From assembly GCA_049598495.1 (NCBI GenBank), contig JBMYNR010000030.1, positions 1-19,868 of the forward strand: a stretch of 19,868 nucleotides of DNA, read 5' to 3'. The translations under genes were made by a program, and so were the position numbers. The stretch is from Opitutales bacterium. Its GTDB lineage: Bacteria; Verrucomicrobiota; Verrucomicrobiia; Opitutales; Coraliomargaritaceae. The notes beneath the pieces were generated by a model that worked only from the letters and a program-made list of their open reading frames with translations, was not told the DNA's origin and did not search any database. Of this stretch, positions 17,522 to 19,868 are shown one piece after another (the stretch's first letter is position 1; each line of letters begins with the position of its first letter).

Positions 17522-18268
17522 ATGCGCCAAGTCACTGCCATCATATTTTTCTGCTCTATTATCTTCTCACCTGCGCTACACGGACAGCCCAGCGAAATTT
17601 CACGTATTGAGTTCTCAGTTTACGGCCTACGCCCGGGCAACTATAGCGACATTTATTTCGAGGACTTAAACGGAGAGCCCGTCAGATTGGAGTTTAACAA
17701 AAAGAGTCGGTCGAAGACTTATGAGGCAAAAGTCTTTACCGAATCACCTCGTCTGAGGTTCCTAAAGAGAGTTAAATCAAACGACCCTAACCAAACAGGG
17801 GACGCCTACACCGAGATATCAACGGTCAGCCTAAGGCCAGAAAAGACGCTTTTTGTCTTCATACCAAATAAGCAAGTTCGCAGTGATGCCGCTTTCAAAG
17901 TTCTTCCAGTAGAGGATGGTAAATCACGAACAGATGGTGGCACTGTTCGAATTCTAAATCTTACAGGTGTTACCCTTGTCGGAGCAATTGACGGACGACG
18001 GTTCCGGCTTGACGCCTTAGGGTGCAGCCCAGCGTTCAAGATCGACGCTGATGAACCAAGCGATTTCTCAATAATTGCAGAGGGATCCTCGCGCTTCCAT
18101 CTCGTCTACCGGAACAACCTGCGAGTCGATTCCGAAAGCCGGGCAATACTCTTCCTCACTCCACCGTACCGCAAAGTATCACTCAAACTTGGTGGCGAGA
18201 TGTTATATGAGGACCTGCTCGATCAGCCGGAACCTAAACAAATGGGCTTCGGTAATTCACGCTCCTAA
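17522..18268 (+). CDS. Secreted hypothetical protein, likely beta-rich, probably co-transcribed with the giant pilin-like gene
   Basis: Sec signal peptide MRQVTAIIFFCSIIFSPALHG|Q. An alternative TTG start at 17510 overlaps the upstream stop (TTGA). Confidence 0.75.
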   Translation: MRQVTAIIFFCSIIFSPALHGQPSEISRIEFSVYGLRPGNYSDIYFEDLNGEPVRLEFNKKSRSKTYEAKVFTESPRLRFLKRVKSNDPNQTGDAYTEISTVSLRPEKTLFVFIPNKQVRSDAAFKVLPVEDGKSRTDGGTVRILNLTGVTLVGAIDGRRFRLDALGCSPAFKIDADEPSDFSIIAEGSSRFHLVYRNNLRVDSESRAILFLTPPYRKVSLKLGGEMLYEDLLDQPEPKQMGFGNSRS

Positions 18269-18721
18269 CAATCGAGATCGGAATCCTTCCCCTACAGGTA
18301 GATCAAGGATCAGGCGAACTCGCGGGCACTTGCCTAGCCCTTACGTTTAACGGGAAGCTAGGGGCACTACCCGAAAAGGAATATCAATCGCTTTGCGCCA
18401 TGGACCTTTACGATATAATCCCAAAAGACCAGCGGCACGCGATATCGCCAACCCCCTGAGCAGCTTGATTAGCTGGTCTTCACACTGAAAGCGATGAACG
18501 GATTCATCCTCATTTCTCGGTGGATTCAAAACACTCCGTATCCGTAGGAATTCACTTTTGAAAATTTAAACGGAGCACGATTTCTCTCTGTTGTTACAAT
18601 ATAAACGATTGCGGAGAATCCCATCACGAATTTCCTTTTAGAAGCGACCAGACGCATTAGCAAGTAGAGCGGAAGCCTGGCCCATCTCCAAAATCTCACT
18701 CTCAATTTCATACCCACGCTT

Positions 18722-19477
18722 ATGACTGACACCCCCACTCTTTTCGAACGTCCCGATGGCCGCGCCATCGACGAACTGCGCGAGATCCGATTTCAAACGG
18801 GAATCGCGCCACACGCCCTTGGATCGGTCTTGGTAAGTTTTGGCGATACCCGCGTGATCTGCGCGGCCTCGATCGACGAGAGAGTGCCGGGTTGGATGCG
18901 GGCACAGAAAATTGAAGGAGGCTGGATGACCGCGGAGTATTCGATGCTGCCTTACAGCACGCTGGATCGGAAGCAACGGGACATCAGTCGCGGTAAGAGC
19001 GATGGTCGCACAATTGAGATCCAACGTCTGATCGGGCGCTCCTTACGAGCGGTATTTGACTTAAAGAAACTCACCGGCAAGACCATCTGGATTGATTGTG
19101 ATGTTCTCCAAGCCGACGGCGGCACGCGCACCGCCTCGATCACAGGCGCCTATGTAGCGGCACAAATCGCGGTTCAGAAACTGATCGCCGAGGAGCGGTT
19201 GGAGAAAAATCCTTTCACCGATTCAGTCGCAGCCGTTTCTGTAGGCATCTTCCAAGATACGCCCATTCTCGATCTCAATTACATCGAGGATAAGGACGCA
19301 ACGGTCGACGCCAATCTTGTCATGACTGGCTCCGGCAAATACGTAGAAGTGCAGAGCTCGGGAGAAGAGGCGACCTTCAGCCGAGAAGAGATGGATACGC
19401 TCCTTGAACTCGGCGCGGATGGAGTGTCTACGATTACGACCCTTCAGGAAGCCGCCATCAGAGAAGGCCTGTCATAG
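18722..19477 (+). CDS. rph: Ribonuclease PH (tRNA nucleotidyltransferase)
   Basis: RPDGRA, GWMTAEYSMLP, GRTIEIQRLIGRSLR, DCDVLQADGGTRTASITG and LDLNYIED. Confidence 0.97.
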   Translation: MTDTPTLFERPDGRAIDELREIRFQTGIAPHALGSVLVSFGDTRVICAASIDERVPGWMRAQKIEGGWMTAEYSMLPYSTLDRKQRDISRGKSDGRTIEIQRLIGRSLRAVFDLKKLTGKTIWIDCDVLQADGGTRTASITGAYVAAQIAVQKLIAEERLEKNPFTDSVAAVSVGIFQDTPILDLNYIEDKDATVDANLVMTGSGKYVEVQSSGEEATFSREEMDTLLELGADGVSTITTLQEAAIREGLS

Positions 19478-19478
19478 A

Positions 19479-19503
19479 GCGCGCTCGGCGAGCACGCCCG
19501 ACC
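19479..19503 (-). repeat. Single REP-like hairpin just after rph (GTCG variant tail)
   Basis: Minus strand GGTCGGGCGTGCTCGCCGAGCGCGC, a hairpin with a GT(C)GGG tail similar in layout to the 3910 family. Confidence 0.55.
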
Positions 19504-19571
19504 GAGCTTGCGATAAAACCGAATCGAAAGGACCGGTCCAAGCGCCGTTCGTCGTTTGGTAGCTCAAGACA

Positions 19572-19868
19572 ATCGCGACACCCGGCACAAGGTAGCGAAC
19601 TTGCACCAGCAAGGTCGACGGACAAACGCCTCCGCCGATCCAGAACCCTTCATACGTCGACGCGACTGGCATCGCATCGCGACACCCGGCACAACGTAGC
19701 GAACTTGCGCCAGCAAGGTCGACGGACAAACGCCTCCGCCGATCCAGAACCCTTCATACGTCGACGCGACTGGCATCGCATCGCGACATCCGGCACAACG
19801 TAGCGAACTTGCGCCAGCAAGGTCGACGGACAAACGCCTCCGCCGATCCAGAACCCTTCATACGTCGA
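19572..19868 (+). repeat. 104-bp tandem array (at least 2.85 units, truncated by window end) of inverted REP doublets
   Basis: Units start at 19572, 19676 and 19780 and differ at only about 3 positions. Each complete unit has GTAGCGAACTTGC-GCCA-GCAAGGTCGACG, a spacer, and the opposed CGTCGACGCGACTGGCATCGCATCGCGAC. Confidence 0.93.

Noticed and set aside
18347..18768. Short minus-strand ORFs (60 and 80 aa) as a RAYT/transposase remnant
   Set aside because: No HUH or catalytic Tyr motif pattern recognisable; one overlaps the rph start.
19472..19833. Two near-identical minus-strand ORFs (85 and 89 aa)
   Set aside because: They are offset by exactly one 104-bp repeat unit and are by-products of the array.
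19572..19868. CRISPR array
   Set aside because: The sequence between palindromes is identical from unit to unit, the period is 104 bp and there are no cas genes. It is a tandem REP-doublet repeat.

Overview
A mostly core-genome bacterial segment. The protein families (prepilin/xDGHV protein, giant PilX/GspK-like protein) and A/T-rich starts without Shine-Dalgarno sites suggest Verrucomicrobiota, probably Opitutia; this assignment is an inference. Gene order: type IV pilin-like protein, CBS/DRTGG family II pyrophosphatase, inositol-monophosphatase-family phosphatase, then a minus-strand run (acylphosphatase, ABC ATPase, ABC permease, membrane-anchored TPR-like protein) resembling the PilH/PilI/PilG (Xap) pilus-accessory module. 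These are followed by an FAD oxidoreductase coupled to a DinG/YoaA helicase, a small TPR protein, a stand-alone EF-G, a 1032-aa PilX/GspK-like protein plus secreted partner behind a candidate sigma54 promoter and enhancer site, and RNase PH. Most intergenic regions carry GTAG-type REP hairpins of at least four sequence families. These include REPs with smaller elements inserted in their loops and a 104-bp tandem array at the right end, a diverged copy of which also forms the left end. No rRNA, tRNA, CRISPR array or transposase was seen.
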